This document shows positions 7,885 through 16,457 of a DNA stretch of 64,000 nt, one piece after another (within the stretch, counting starts at the first letter, position 1; each line of letters opens with the position of its first letter). A program made the translations under genes and the position numbers. Under the pieces are notes generated by a model, which was not told the origin of the DNA, did not search any database, and was given only the letters and a program-made list of their open reading frames with translations. The DNA is from Gemmatimonadales bacterium (GTDB lineage: Bacteria > Gemmatimonadota > Gemmatimonadetes > Gemmatimonadales > GWC2-71-9): contig DASYTT010000121.1 in assembly GCA_036002045.1 (NCBI GenBank), positions 95 to 64,094 of the forward strand, written 5' to 3'.

Positions 7885-8643
7885 TCACCGCCAGCGGCCC
7901 GCGCGCACGAAGAGCGGCCATTCGATGCGCCGCGCCGTACTCGGCGCGCCCCAGGATGCGGCGAGCCTGGGCTCGAGCTCCTCCACCGGGTCGCGGCCGT
8001 TCACACTGCGATACTTTCCGACGGCTGACCAGGTTCGCAGGTAACCCAGCAGCTCCGCTAAGGTCAGTTCGGCCTCGATCGCGAAAACAGGCGCAGGTAC
8101 CTCCCGGATCGGAATCTCAACGCTGCGATACCCTTCCACGACCAGCTTCCGCTCGGCCGACCAGTAGGGTCCTACGGTCTCATCGTGGAAGCGCTGGATC
8201 AAGGCATCGATCGCCGGCGAGGCCCGGAGCAGCGCGTATCCCCAGACGGCCAGCGCGGCTCCCGGCCCGGCCACGCGGTCGACCTCAGCGTAAAACCGCG
8301 GCAGCTCGAGCCAATGCAGCGCCTGGGCGACGGTGACGAAATCCACGCGACCGCTCCGCAGCGCATTCGCCTCGGCGAGCGAGGCGAGATAGCCCACCCG
8401 CGGGGCACGGGCGGCTGCCTGGAGCTGCGCAATGCTCGCGTCCGATCCCACCACGCGATCAAAATGGGCAGCCAGCATGGTCGCGGCTTGCCCGTTTCCC
8501 GTGGCGCAATCCCAGGCGAGCCGATGCGCCTCCGGCAACCCAGCAAGCCATTCGAAGAGCCTAGCTGGATAGCGAGGCCGGAACTTGGCGTAAGCCGTCG
8601 AATCGCGGGAAAAGAGATCGCGAAAGCCGGAGGTGCCCGTCAC
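7885..8643 (-). CDS. Class I SAM-dependent methyltransferase
   Basis: Track ORF. Motif I is AWDCATGNGQAATMLAAHFDRVVGSDAS. The length and C-terminus are typical of the Methyltransf_11 type. Confidence 0.85.
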   Translation of the reverse strand: MTGTSGFRDLFSRDSTAYAKFRPRYPARLFEWLAGLPEAHRLAWDCATGNGQAATMLAAHFDRVVGSDASIAQLQAAARAPRVGYLASLAEANALRSGRVDFVTVAQALHWLELPRFYAEVDRVAGPGAALAVWGYALLRASPAIDALIQRFHDETVGPYWSAERKLVVEGYRSVEIPIREVPAPVFAIEAELTLAELLGYLRTWSAVGKYRSVNGRDPVEELEPRLAASWGAPSTARRIEWPLFVRAGRWR

Positions 8644-8646
8644 TCC

Positions 8647-9057
8647 TCAGTCGACGCGAAAGGTGCCGTGAAACGCGAGCTCGCTCTGACCCACCGGCGA
8701 ATCGCTCACCCTCTCGAAGACCTGCAGATCATACTCTCCCCGAGGCAGGTGGATTATCCGGCCCACGTAGTAGTTCTGCACTCGGACCGCGGGCGCCTCA
8801 CGATCCTTGATTGCCTTCACCGTGAGGATCAGCTGGTGACCGCTCAGCAACTCGAGGCTGCCGGAGAGAGTGTATCCGAGGTCGGTTGGAAAGACCCCCG
8901 AGATGTCGACCCCGTAGACCTCCACTGCCACCCTCGTTTCCAGGGTGCGGATACCGAAGATGATTCTCGAGTTGAATTGAAATACGGGATCGGCGGGTTC
9001 CGTGGGCGTCCCACAGGAGGCCACGATGAAGCCGAGCGCGAGTACCGCTGGTCTCAT
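8647..9057 (-). CDS. Hypothetical lipoprotein
   Basis: C-terminal 136 aa of track ORF 8647..9588. Start MRPAVLALGFIVASCG (lipobox). ATGA overlap with the upstream gene at 9054-9057. Confidence 0.6.
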   Translation of the reverse strand: MRPAVLALGFIVASCGTPTEPADPVFQFNSRIIFGIRTLETRVAVEVYGVDISGVFPTDLGYTLSGSLELLSGHQLILTVKAIKDREAPAVRVQNYYVGRIIHLPRGEYDLQVFERVSDSPVGQSELAFHGTFRVD

Positions 9058-9419
9058 TGCTCGTCCTGGTCCGCCGGAGTGGTTTCTTCCAGATGGACCC
9101 GGTGCAGAATCCGGTGCAGTACCGGAGCCAGGATCAGGGTGGTCACTGCGATGAGCACGAGGCCCGCGTAGAGCGCAAACAAGGCGGCGAAAAGCTTTCC
9201 CGCGTGGGTCGCGATCTCTCCTACTTGTCCCATCCCGCCCAGCAGCATCGCGGCATTCACGAACGCGTCCTCCCAGCTCTGCAGCCCCAGTTCGTGGTAG
9301 CCGAGCGTCCCGATCCCCAGAGAGATCAGCACCACGCAGGCCGCCCAGAGGACGTGCAGGCCCAAGCGGCGCAGAAAGAGCGGACTGGACAGCATGGGAT
9401 CGGAGCGGCGCTCGTACAT
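9054..9419 (-). CDS. Small 2-TM membrane protein with pore-loop-like segment (ion-channel-like, non-canonical filter)
   Basis: Track ORF. The layout is TM1 LHVLWAACVVLISLGIGTLGY, a helix/loop SWEDAFVNAAMLLGGMGQ, then TM2 LFAALFALYAGLVLIAVTTLILAP. This resembles Ion_trans_2 channels but lacks the TVGYG filter. Confidence 0.5.
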   Translation of the reverse strand: MYERRSDPMLSSPLFLRRLGLHVLWAACVVLISLGIGTLGYHELGLQSWEDAFVNAAMLLGGMGQVGEIATHAGKLFAALFALYAGLVLIAVTTLILAPVLHRILHRVHLEETTPADQDEQ

Positions 9420-9425
9420 GGGGGC

Positions 9426-9704
9426 TTAGAACTGGTCGGCGTTGCGCAGGAAGAAGGCGAGCAGACGGAAAAAGGGAAGCACGTAACCCACCAGGAACCC
9501 TGTGGCGGCGAGCAACACGGCTCCACTCCCGGTCAGGCCCCAGCTGATACCGTAGCTCAGGTAACCGAGCAGCGCGAGCCCCAAACATTGAGCAAAGACG
9601 TGAATCCAGGCACGCCGCCAGTGGCGCTCCAGCAGCTCGGCCTCGTTGGCATGAGCCGACTCCTTCGCTTGCCGGGAGGCAGTGAGCGTAACGAGTGCGG
9701 ACAT
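9426..9704 (-). CDS. Small hypothetical membrane protein
   Basis: C-terminal 92 aa of track ORF 9426..9929, starting at ATG 9704 (MSALVTLTASRQ...). There are two predicted TM helices. The longer track start would overlap the upstream gene. Confidence 0.45.
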   Translation of the reverse strand: MSALVTLTASRQAKESAHANEAELLERHWRRAWIHVFAQCLGLALLGYLSYGISWGLTGSGAVLLAATGFLVGYVLPFFRLLAFFLRNADQF

Positions 9705-9729
9705 GCCTCCCAAGATACCGGCGACGGAC

Positions 9730-10791
9730 TCACCCGTCGACCGGAGCTGCGAGCGGCGCGGTTTCGGATCGCAGGGCTGCAAGCCGCGCTTCCACCTCTT
9801 CGGGAAGCCCGAGCCTGTCGGCGATGGCTGCAAGCTCCTCGGCTGCGCGCCAGGCCTCTTCGAGCTCGAGGAGCTCGCCCGCCAGCCAGCGTCGCTCCGC
9901 GTCTTCATGAGCACCCATCTCGAGCGCAAGACGCAGCTCGGGCGGCAGCGCCTGTAGCAGGCCAGCCTTCTTCTTCCAGTACACCCCTGGGGTGGCCGTA
10001 AGCCGACTCGCGAGCGAATCCGTGCTCGGCGACTCCTCCAGTACCCGTACCGCTTCCTTCAACTGCTCCTTCGAAGCGCCTTGCCGGTTCACCCGCGGCA
10101 GAATCTTCTGGAGCGCCTGATGCGCTGGGGCGCCTTCCAAGATTACCAGGTCGCCACCCTTAGGCTTGCGGCCCCAATTCGTCTTGCGCCGCGGAGGGAT
10201 ATGAAGGCGCCAGGAGCTCGCGGCCGCTTGCGCGGAAACACGCGTGTTCTCGATCTGGAGCTGGGTAACTGGAAGGGCGACACCCTGCTCCAGCGGCAGG
10301 CGGGCCACCGTGCGCTTCGCTTTCACTAACTGCAGCATCGGATTGATCACGTTGTACAGTCCACCGCCGCCAATCGAGAGCCCGATGAGCTTCGGGGCGA
10401 ACACCAGCCCGGCGAGGCCCGCCACGCCGGCACTCACCAGCAGGAAGTGCCTGACCCGGCGGCGCCCGAACTGATCGCCGTAGCGCCAGGCCGCGAACTC
10501 AGGCCGCAGGGGCTCTCCAATCCGAACCAGCTCGGTGCCTTCCCGCAGTCGCGCGAGGCCGATCTCGTCGGTGGACAGCCGAAGAGTGGTCCCGCGGAAG
10601 AGCTTCTCGCATTCCTCGATCGCTTCCCAGCGGTCGTCGAAGGGCGTGAGATTCCAGCGTTCGCACTTTCTGCAGACGACCCAGAGCCGACCCTTTCCCG
10701 CGTCGAAGGCGAGCCGCCGGCCGATCGGCAGGTGCTCTACCACCTCGTTCTGGCCGAGATCACCGTGACAGAAGAGACAGGCGCGATACAT
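9730..10791 (-). CDS. Hypothetical zinc-ribbon membrane protein
   Basis: Track ORF. The N-terminus has a CxxC...CxxC arrangement (CLFCHG...CRKCERW). One central TM region is present (FLLVSAGVAGLAGLVFAPKLIGLSIGGGGL). The helical C-terminus carries LALEMGAHEDAERRWLAGELLELEEAWRAAEELAAIAD. Confidence 0.65.
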   Translation of the reverse strand: MYRACLFCHGDLGQNEVVEHLPIGRRLAFDAGKGRLWVVCRKCERWNLTPFDDRWEAIEECEKLFRGTTLRLSTDEIGLARLREGTELVRIGEPLRPEFAAWRYGDQFGRRRVRHFLLVSAGVAGLAGLVFAPKLIGLSIGGGGLYNVINPMLQLVKAKRTVARLPLEQGVALPVTQLQIENTRVSAQAAASSWRLHIPPRRKTNWGRKPKGGDLVILEGAPAHQALQKILPRVNRQGASKEQLKEAVRVLEESPSTDSLASRLTATPGVYWKKKAGLLQALPPELRLALEMGAHEDAERRWLAGELLELEEAWRAAEELAAIADRLGLPEEVEARLAALRSETAPLAAPVDG

Positions 10792-10902
10792 GGGACTAGC
10801 GGGCCCGACGTCTCCGGCGGGGGACTTGTTTCGCTGCGGCGGCTGCCAGGCCCCGGAGCCGGCTTGGGAAGGTATCCGAAGAGATCCTCTCGCACAGCCG
10901 GA

Positions 10903-11409
10903 TTACGGAGCTTCCACACCACGCCATCGGTGAAGGGCGAGGCGCTTCAGCAGCTGGATTTGGCCGACGTGGTAGGCGTCATGGACAGTAATGCCGAGGA
11001 CGAGGTCGCCGTAGGTCCAGCGCTTTCGGGTTCCGGCCCGCCGGTTGAGCCGAGCCGGCGGAAAATCCTGCACGACCTCGACGAGCAGTCGGTGCTCCCG
11101 CGCGAGCAACGCCTGATCGGCGGCCCAGGCCGCCTCGTCGGCCGGCCGCGGAGTCGCGGGCCAGTTAGCCGGACTGCGAGGGAAGCGCGGGATCGGCGTG
11201 CGCAGCAAGCGGCGCCGGACGGCGTAATTCCAGTACGCTATGTGCAGCGCTAGCTCCCAGATCGTGTGGCGGCCGCGGGCGGGTCGCCAGCGCGCAAGAG
11301 CCGCATCAACGCCGCGGACGGCGCCGACCGGGGTGGGGCCGCCGTGCCACGCCTGTCCCCGGAGCGGCTGCAGCGTACGGGTAATGAGCGCGAGGGTGAG
11401 CGCGCTCAC
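10903..11409 (-). CDS. DinB-fold family protein
   Basis: Track ORF. WHGGP...TIWELALHIAYWNYAVRRRL...VHDAYHVGQI shows DinB four-helix His motifs. Confidence 0.8.
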   Translation of the reverse strand: MSALTLALITRTLQPLRGQAWHGGPTPVGAVRGVDAALARWRPARGRHTIWELALHIAYWNYAVRRRLLRTPIPRFPRSPANWPATPRPADEAAWAADQALLAREHRLLVEVVQDFPPARLNRRAGTRKRWTYGDLVLGITVHDAYHVGQIQLLKRLALHRWRGVEAP

Positions 11410-11933
11410 GGTGCCGCTTCGCGCAACAGCGCTGCGAGATCGAAGGGATCGGACATTCGAAGCTCCACCTCACCCTCGGGAGTGCGCGGCCATTCCGCGG
11501 CCGGACGGTCCCAGGTGAGCTCGAGCCCGATCCCATCCGGATCAGTGAGGTAGATCGAAACGCTCACCCCATGATCCGAGGCCCCGCGGAGGGGCACGCC
11601 GGCTTCCCCGAGCCGGCGGACGGCAACAGCCAGATCATGGCGGGTGGGATAGCGAATCGCCATGTGATACAGGCCGGTATGGCGGGGGGGCGGGGCGGAA
11701 GCGCCGAGACTCTCCCAGGTGTTGAGTCCCAGATGGTGGTGGTAATCACCCGCCGCGAGGAAGGCCGCGCTCTCGCGAAACCGCGCGACCAGATTGAAGC
11801 CGAGAATCCCACAGTAGAACTCGAGGGAGCGATCGAGGTTACTGACCTTGAGGTGGACATGGCCGATCCCCGCACCTGGGGGAATCTGGTAACTCGCCTC
11901 GGGGGACGCGGTGAGAGCGGCGACTCGGTTCAT
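11406..11933 (-). CDS. VOC family protein (glyoxalase/dioxygenase fold)
   Basis: Track ORF. GIGHVHLKVSNLDRSLEFYCGILGF...HHHLGLN...HMAIRYP...SIYLTDPDGIGLEL. ATGA overlap with the downstream DinB gene. Confidence 0.85.
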   Translation of the reverse strand: MNRVAALTASPEASYQIPPGAGIGHVHLKVSNLDRSLEFYCGILGFNLVARFRESAAFLAAGDYHHHLGLNTWESLGASAPPPRHTGLYHMAIRYPTRHDLAVAVRRLGEAGVPLRGASDHGVSVSIYLTDPDGIGLELTWDRPAAEWPRTPEGEVELRMSDPFDLAALLREAAP

Positions 11934-12008
11934 CTCCGCCTCCGTGACGGGGAGTGTAGCAACCGAGATGATCTATCGCTCGAACTGCATCCGGGCAAGC
12001 GCTGGGGG

Positions 12009-12683
12009 TCAGCCGTTGCTTCGCGGGCTGGCCAGCATCAGGCCGTCTCCGATGGTGAGCAGACAGGCATCGACTCGCGGATCATCGCGAATCTTGAGAT
12101 TCAGGGCGCGGATCGCGGCCGGATTCGGCTCCTGATTCGTGAGGTCGGCCACCGCACCGCTCCAGAGCATGTTGTCGAGGGCGATGATGCCCCCGGGCCG
12201 GATCAATTGCAGGCAAGCCTCGTAATAGGCATCGTACGCCGGTTTGTCGGCGTCGATGAAGGCGAGATCGAACGACCGCGGCCCCCACTCGAGGAACAAT
12301 CGCTCGAGCGTCTCCTGCGCGGGTCCGAGGCGGAGCTCGATTTTATTCGCGAGGCCCGCCGCTTCCCAAAACCGCCGCGCAATTCCGGTCCACTCCTCGC
12401 TCACGTCACAGGTCAACAGCCTGCCGTCCTCTGGAAGCGCGGCGGCCATCGCCATCGCGCTGTAACCGGTGAAGGTGCCGATCTCCAGCACGTGACGAGC
12501 CCCGAGCACCCGCACCAGCAGAGCCAGCAAGGCTCCTTGATCGGCCCCGATCTGCATGCCGGCTTCCGGCAGCGTTGCCGTTTCACGCCGGAGGCTCCGT
12601 TGCAGCGGGGTCTCTCGCGTGATCAGGTGCGAGACGTATTCCTCGACTGCGTCGGGCAGCAGTGAACGTTTGGGGGCTACCAT
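12009..12683 (-). CDS. Class I SAM-dependent O-methyltransferase (family 3, caffeoyl-CoA OMT-like)
   Basis: C-terminal 224 aa of track ORF 12009..12998, starting at ATG 12683. VLEIGTFTGYSAMAMA, FDLAFIDADKPAYDAYYE and LIRPGGIIALDNMLWSG are present. Confidence 0.85.
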   Translation of the reverse strand: MVAPKRSLLPDAVEEYVSHLITRETPLQRSLRRETATLPEAGMQIGADQGALLALLVRVLGARHVLEIGTFTGYSAMAMAAALPEDGRLLTCDVSEEWTGIARRFWEAAGLANKIELRLGPAQETLERLFLEWGPRSFDLAFIDADKPAYDAYYEACLQLIRPGGIIALDNMLWSGAVADLTNQEPNPAAIRALNLKIRDDPRVDACLLTIGDGLMLASPRSNG

Positions 12684-12700
12684 CAGCCCGTCACCTGGCT

Positions 12701-13060
12701 CTACGGCCTTCGGGTGGCGGCAGGAGCACCCCGCGCAAAGGCGATATAGTCGGTGGGCTCCGGCTCGGCGCCGGCTTCGCGCAGGGTAAGGGCCACCTGG
12801 CCGCGATGATAGCACCCGTGCAGGGCCACATGGAGCAGGATATCGCTGCGGCTGCTGCGGAAGGCAATGCCGGCGGAGTTGGTATACGGCACTTCGGCGT
12901 CGAGATCGCTCGGAGCGAGCGATGCGAGCAATGCCGAGAACTCCGCATGGTTTGTGTGGGCCAGCCGGCTGCAAGCATCGAGATCGAGCACTGGCCACAC
13001 CGCGACTCGGGTGGGCTGCTGGCGCAGCCGGGCAAGCCAGACGTGCTCGGCTCCAAGCAC
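12701..13060 (-). CDS. DinB family protein (true start probably upstream, up to ~13180)
   Basis: Track ORF (GTG 13060). C-terminus LLHVALHGCYHRGQV. The same frame stays open and DinB-like upstream (LSPSWLERLFAHLRWADDRTLAALRAAPAPPPKALELYAH) without any ATG/GTG/TTG. Confidence 0.75.
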   Translation of the reverse strand: MLGAEHVWLARLRQQPTRVAVWPVLDLDACSRLAHTNHAEFSALLASLAPSDLDAEVPYTNSAGIAFRSSRSDILLHVALHGCYHRGQVALTLREAGAEPEPTDYIAFARGAPAATRRP

Positions 13061-13176
13061 GTGGGCGTAAAGCTCGAGGGCTTTTGGAGGGGGGGCCGGG
13101 GCGGCGCGGAGCGCGGCGAGAGTTCGGTCGTCGGCCCAGCGAAGATGAGCAAACAGCCGCTCGAGCCAGCTTGGGC

Positions 13177-13353
13177 TCAGAACTCTCTCCGCTTCATTTC
13201 CTTGAAGAACCGCTTGGTTTCGTCGTCCGTCTCCGGGGCCTTCTTGCGGAGGGTGTCGTCGTACTGCGCGGAGCGATCCTGGCGAGCTCCACTGGTCTTG
13301 GCAGTATTCTTCTTGATCAACGCGGCAATGCGTTGCTCTTCCCGTTTGGACAT
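13177..13353 (-). CDS. Small basic hypothetical protein (58 aa)
   Basis: Inner ATG of track ORF 13177..13554: MSKREEQRIAALIKKNTAKTSGARQDRSAQYDDTLRKKAPETDDETKRFFKEMKRREF. The region upstream of this ATG looks non-coding. Confidence 0.4.
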   Translation of the reverse strand: MSKREEQRIAALIKKNTAKTSGARQDRSAQYDDTLRKKAPETDDETKRFFKEMKRREF

Positions 13354-13418
13354 GGCGACTCCGGCTGGAAGTAGTGAAACCGGCCCATTCGGCCTTCCGA
13401 ATTCTAATCGGCGATTGG

Positions 13419-13814
13419 CTAACCCCCTAGCTCCGTCCCGCCAGGCCCCTTCACCGCCATGACCACCAGAAAGGTCAACAGCCCCGCCGCCATGAATTCG
13501 GCGAAGGCCGTCCACCGGATGGCGGAAAACGTGTAACTCCACGGCGCTCCCCACAACTCGGTCAAGGGCTCCAATATCTGGCCCAGAAACACTCCCACCA
13601 GAATGAGGACTGCGCTGCTCCGCCAGCGGTCCCGGCTCGGCAGCCGGGTCTCATAGAGAGCCAGCAATGCAAACACGGGGATCCCCAGCAGCCAATGCTG
13701 CGCCCAATGACCACTCAGCTCGGAGTGATGGCCCGGCCGCGCCAGATGCCAATCGACATGAATGGCGGCCGCGAGGAGGAACGCCGCGAGCACTCTGGCA
13801 TTGCGCGGCTTCAC
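13419..13814 (-). CDS. Hypothetical membrane protein
   Basis: Track ORF with 4 hydrophobic helices and His-rich loops (HVDWHLARPGHHSELSGHWAQHW). Confidence 0.55.
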   Translation of the reverse strand: MKPRNARVLAAFLLAAAIHVDWHLARPGHHSELSGHWAQHWLLGIPVFALLALYETRLPSRDRWRSSAVLILVGVFLGQILEPLTELWGAPWSYTFSAIRWTAFAEFMAAGLLTFLVVMAVKGPGGTELGG

Positions 13815-13815
13815 G

Positions 13816-14457
13816 CTACTTTACGGTCACGTAGCGCTCCAGCCGGGCGACTTCCTTCGGGCTCACGTACTTCCCGATTTCACGGCGGAACCGCGCGATG
13901 TTTTCGTAGGGACGGTATTCCTTGAACTCCCGCAGCATCCGCTTGCCGACTCCTGGAATGCTGAGGATGTCCTCGTCGCTCGCGCTGTTGAGGTCGATCG
14001 GGACAAAGACGTACTGCTCCAGCCGGGCTTCCTCCTTCTCATCCACGTACTTTCCGATCTCGCGGCGAAACCGCGCCAGCGACTCGTAAGGACGATATTC
14101 CAGGAATTCCCGCAACATCCGGTTCCCCACCCCCGGGATCAAAAGAATCTCTTCCCGTGAGGCCGTATTCAGGTTGAGCGCCAGGAAGAGCCTGCCGTAA
14201 AGCTCGGGGAGCTGCTCCTTGGAAAGCGTCTGGGTCAGGTAGGCGTGCAGGTCCGCCATGCTGAGAAACGGACGCCGCTCGAGCAATCCCTTCACGATCG
14301 TTGCGTTGAGATGGGGGAGAGCGAGGAGGTCTTGCTCGGATGCCAGGTTGGGGTCGAGCACGCCGAGGCTCTTGCCGACCTGGCTCGCCGCCGGGCGAGG
14401 CAGCGTGGCCGACAGAGTGAGCAGCAGGACAAGCGCGGTGAGCAGAATTCGTTTCAT
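13816..14457 (-). CDS. Secreted protein with three helix-hairpin-helix (ComEA-like) modules
   Basis: Track ORF with signal MKRILLTALVLLLTLSA. The modules are LDPNLASEQDLLALPHLNATIVKGLLERRPF, LNLNTASREEILLIPGVGNRMLREFLEYRPY and IDLNSASDEDILSIPGVGKRMLREFKEYRPY. Confidence 0.8.
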   Translation of the reverse strand: MKRILLTALVLLLTLSATLPRPAASQVGKSLGVLDPNLASEQDLLALPHLNATIVKGLLERRPFLSMADLHAYLTQTLSKEQLPELYGRLFLALNLNTASREEILLIPGVGNRMLREFLEYRPYESLARFRREIGKYVDEKEEARLEQYVFVPIDLNSASDEDILSIPGVGKRMLREFKEYRPYENIARFRREIGKYVSPKEVARLERYVTVK

Positions 14458-14458
14458 C

Positions 14459-14929
14459 TCATTGCTCCCTCGAGGGCGAAGCGGAATCGGGGGACCCGGC
14501 TGTGAGCGCGGGATGCCGATGAGTGTACACCAGACCGATGAGCCCCAGCTGGATCATAGCCCCCGGGGCAAGCGTGGGGGTAGCGCCTTTGATCGCCTCC
14601 CAGAACAACTCGAATCCAGCCGCGGCGGTATGGAGCTCGCGCTCGAACTCCACGTTGCCACGATAATGCAGCAGCAGCCCCGCGAAACCGCTCAGAATGA
14701 AGGTGAGCATCAAGAGCTGGGTTACTCGCACGCTTGCGGGGCTCCGCGCGATGAGATGCCAGGTCAAGACCAGAAGCGCCACTCCCAACAGCAGCAACGG
14801 AACCAGCTGCCAGACTCCCTCGGTGTGCTCGAGCAGCAGCAGCTCGATGCCCGTGCCTACGATCCCGAGCAGCAGGATGATGAGCAGCAGGCCACGGAGC
14901 GCACCGAGAGCGGCGTGACGCGCGGGCAT
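14459..14929 (-). CDS. Hypothetical membrane protein
   Basis: Track ORF with 4 TM helices. Its start lies 15 nt downstream of the VOC gene stop (14945). Confidence 0.55.
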   Translation of the reverse strand: MPARHAALGALRGLLLIILLLGIVGTGIELLLLEHTEGVWQLVPLLLLGVALLVLTWHLIARSPASVRVTQLLMLTFILSGFAGLLLHYRGNVEFERELHTAAAGFELFWEAIKGATPTLAPGAMIQLGLIGLVYTHRHPALTAGSPDSASPSREQ

Positions 14930-14944
14930 GGGACTCCTGATTCC

Positions 14945-15343
14945 CTATTTCCCTGCCGCGGGCTCGAGCGCAGTCGGCAGCTCAAACCAGATCTCGATTT
15001 CGTAGCCATCCGGATCTCGAGCGAATAGATAGGGTTCTCCGGGACAGAACTCTCCCTGGCTGAGGATCTTCCCCCCAGCCCGCTCTACCTCCCGGGCGGC
15101 GACGCCGATGTCGGCGGGATCCAGCAGCCGAAATCCGAAATGGGCCACGCCTCCAGCCTTTCCCGCCTTGGAGGCATGTTTCTCGAAGACCAGCACGTCT
15201 CGGCTTCCGGGGGTCTGCGCCTGGATGAAACCGGGTTCCTGAAAAACCGCTACGACGCCGAATACTTGCCGATAGAACTGCAGCGAGCGCTCCGGATCGC
15301 GAACGGCAAGGGCAATGTGAGTCAGGCCGTGCGTCTTGACCAT
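14945..15343 (-). CDS. VOC family protein (glyoxalase I-like)
   Basis: Track ORF. LTHIALAVRDPERSLQFYRQVFG...HFGFRL...YLFARDPDGYEIEIW. Confidence 0.85.
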   Translation of the reverse strand: MVKTHGLTHIALAVRDPERSLQFYRQVFGVVAVFQEPGFIQAQTPGSRDVLVFEKHASKAGKAGGVAHFGFRLLDPADIGVAAREVERAGGKILSQGEFCPGEPYLFARDPDGYEIEIWFELPTALEPAAGK

Positions 15344-15428
15344 CGCAGCCTCAGAGAGAGGTGACTACGGCTGCCATCAGCCAATGGCTGATTGCGTCGA
15401 TATCCGGCAGAATGGAGGCTACGCCCGC

Positions 15429-15824
15429 TCAGCTCTCCGGGACAAGGAGGCGGACGCGGTAGCGCCGTCCGGTGGGAGGTTCCCCGCTGCGCGGCGCCGG
15501 CTCCAGGCCACGAACCTCGAGGGGGAGGCCACAACCGGTGCCCGTGCGCGGTTCGAGATCCGTGTTGAGCCGGAGGAGGGTCGAGCAGCCGGCACCGCCC
15601 TGAAGCCTCAGCCGTACCAGCGCGTTCCCGGCCCAGACACAAGTTACGTCGACCGGGCAGCGGGAGTCCTGCTCCACCGCCTCGAAATGGACGCTTTGCT
15701 CACTGCCCGCGATGCGTGCCGAATGGTCGAGCTCGAGGTCGAATTCCTGGCCCCGGGAGACCTCCGCCGGGCCGCCAGGGCATGCGGCAACAATCGCGGT
15801 CAAGTACAGACGCAATGGGCGCAT
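15429..15824 (-). CDS. Hypothetical lipoprotein
   Basis: Track ORF. Lipobox LTAIVAAC. Cys-containing beta-rich body. Confidence 0.5.
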   Translation of the reverse strand: MRPLRLYLTAIVAACPGGPAEVSRGQEFDLELDHSARIAGSEQSVHFEAVEQDSRCPVDVTCVWAGNALVRLRLQGGAGCSTLLRLNTDLEPRTGTGCGLPLEVRGLEPAPRSGEPPTGRRYRVRLLVPES

Positions 15825-15909
15825 AGCTTGGCGCTGGGACAGAGACGGGCCAGCCCGCCATGGATCCTGTCATGGCCGGCTGGCCCAACCCCACTTTTGA
15901 GAGAACGCT

Positions 15910-16368
15910 CTACGGGACCCGAGTGCCCCTGGTCCGCAGCATCGCAACACTGTCGCCGCTCTTGGTGGCGTAGTGCGCGGTCGTCATACCGACCAGCAAG
16001 CCGCCTTGGAGCCGGCTCACACTGTGGGTCGTGACCTGCACCCCCTTGCGGAGAACGCTCTCGAAGGGACCCATGTCCACCACGACGCTGTCACCGGAGA
16101 ACATGACCCGCGGCGTCATGGCCGGCCGGTTTGGCAGCATGACCACCCATCCGGTGTCGGTGGTCGTCGCGGTCATCTCGTACTGGGTGACCACGCTGTC
16201 ACTGGTCTCGGGCATGACGACCACGCTCCACTTCCCGGCCACGTCGGCCGCCGTCAGCATCGCGGGAGCCGGCGGTGCCGCGGCAGTGGTGTCCGCAGCC
16301 GGCTCGGCCTCCTTCTTCGCGCAGCCTACCAGCACTGCGGCACAGCAAAGCAACACAAGACGTCGCAT
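15910..16368 (-). CDS. Hypothetical lipoprotein
   Basis: Track ORF. MRRLVLLCCAAVLVGC lipobox followed by an Ala/Pro-rich linker. Confidence 0.6.
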   Translation of the reverse strand: MRRLVLLCCAAVLVGCAKKEAEPAADTTAAAPPAPAMLTAADVAGKWSVVVMPETSDSVVTQYEMTATTTDTGWVVMLPNRPAMTPRVMFSGDSVVVDMGPFESVLRKGVQVTTHSVSRLQGGLLVGMTTAHYATKSGDSVAMLRTRGTRVP

Positions 16369-16457
16369 CCAGTCCTCCCCCGGTTAAAGGCACGCCCCTC
16401 TGCCGCGAACGGCGGCCCTAACATACGCCCCCTTCCCGCATAGGGAAAGTAGAGAGC

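Noticed and set aside
13085-13100. Suspected frameshift in the C7/G7 homopolymer inside the DinB-family gene upstream region.
   Set aside because: A careful recount of the reverse complement shows the DinB-like frame is continuous through the run. The problem is only the lack of a canonical start codon.
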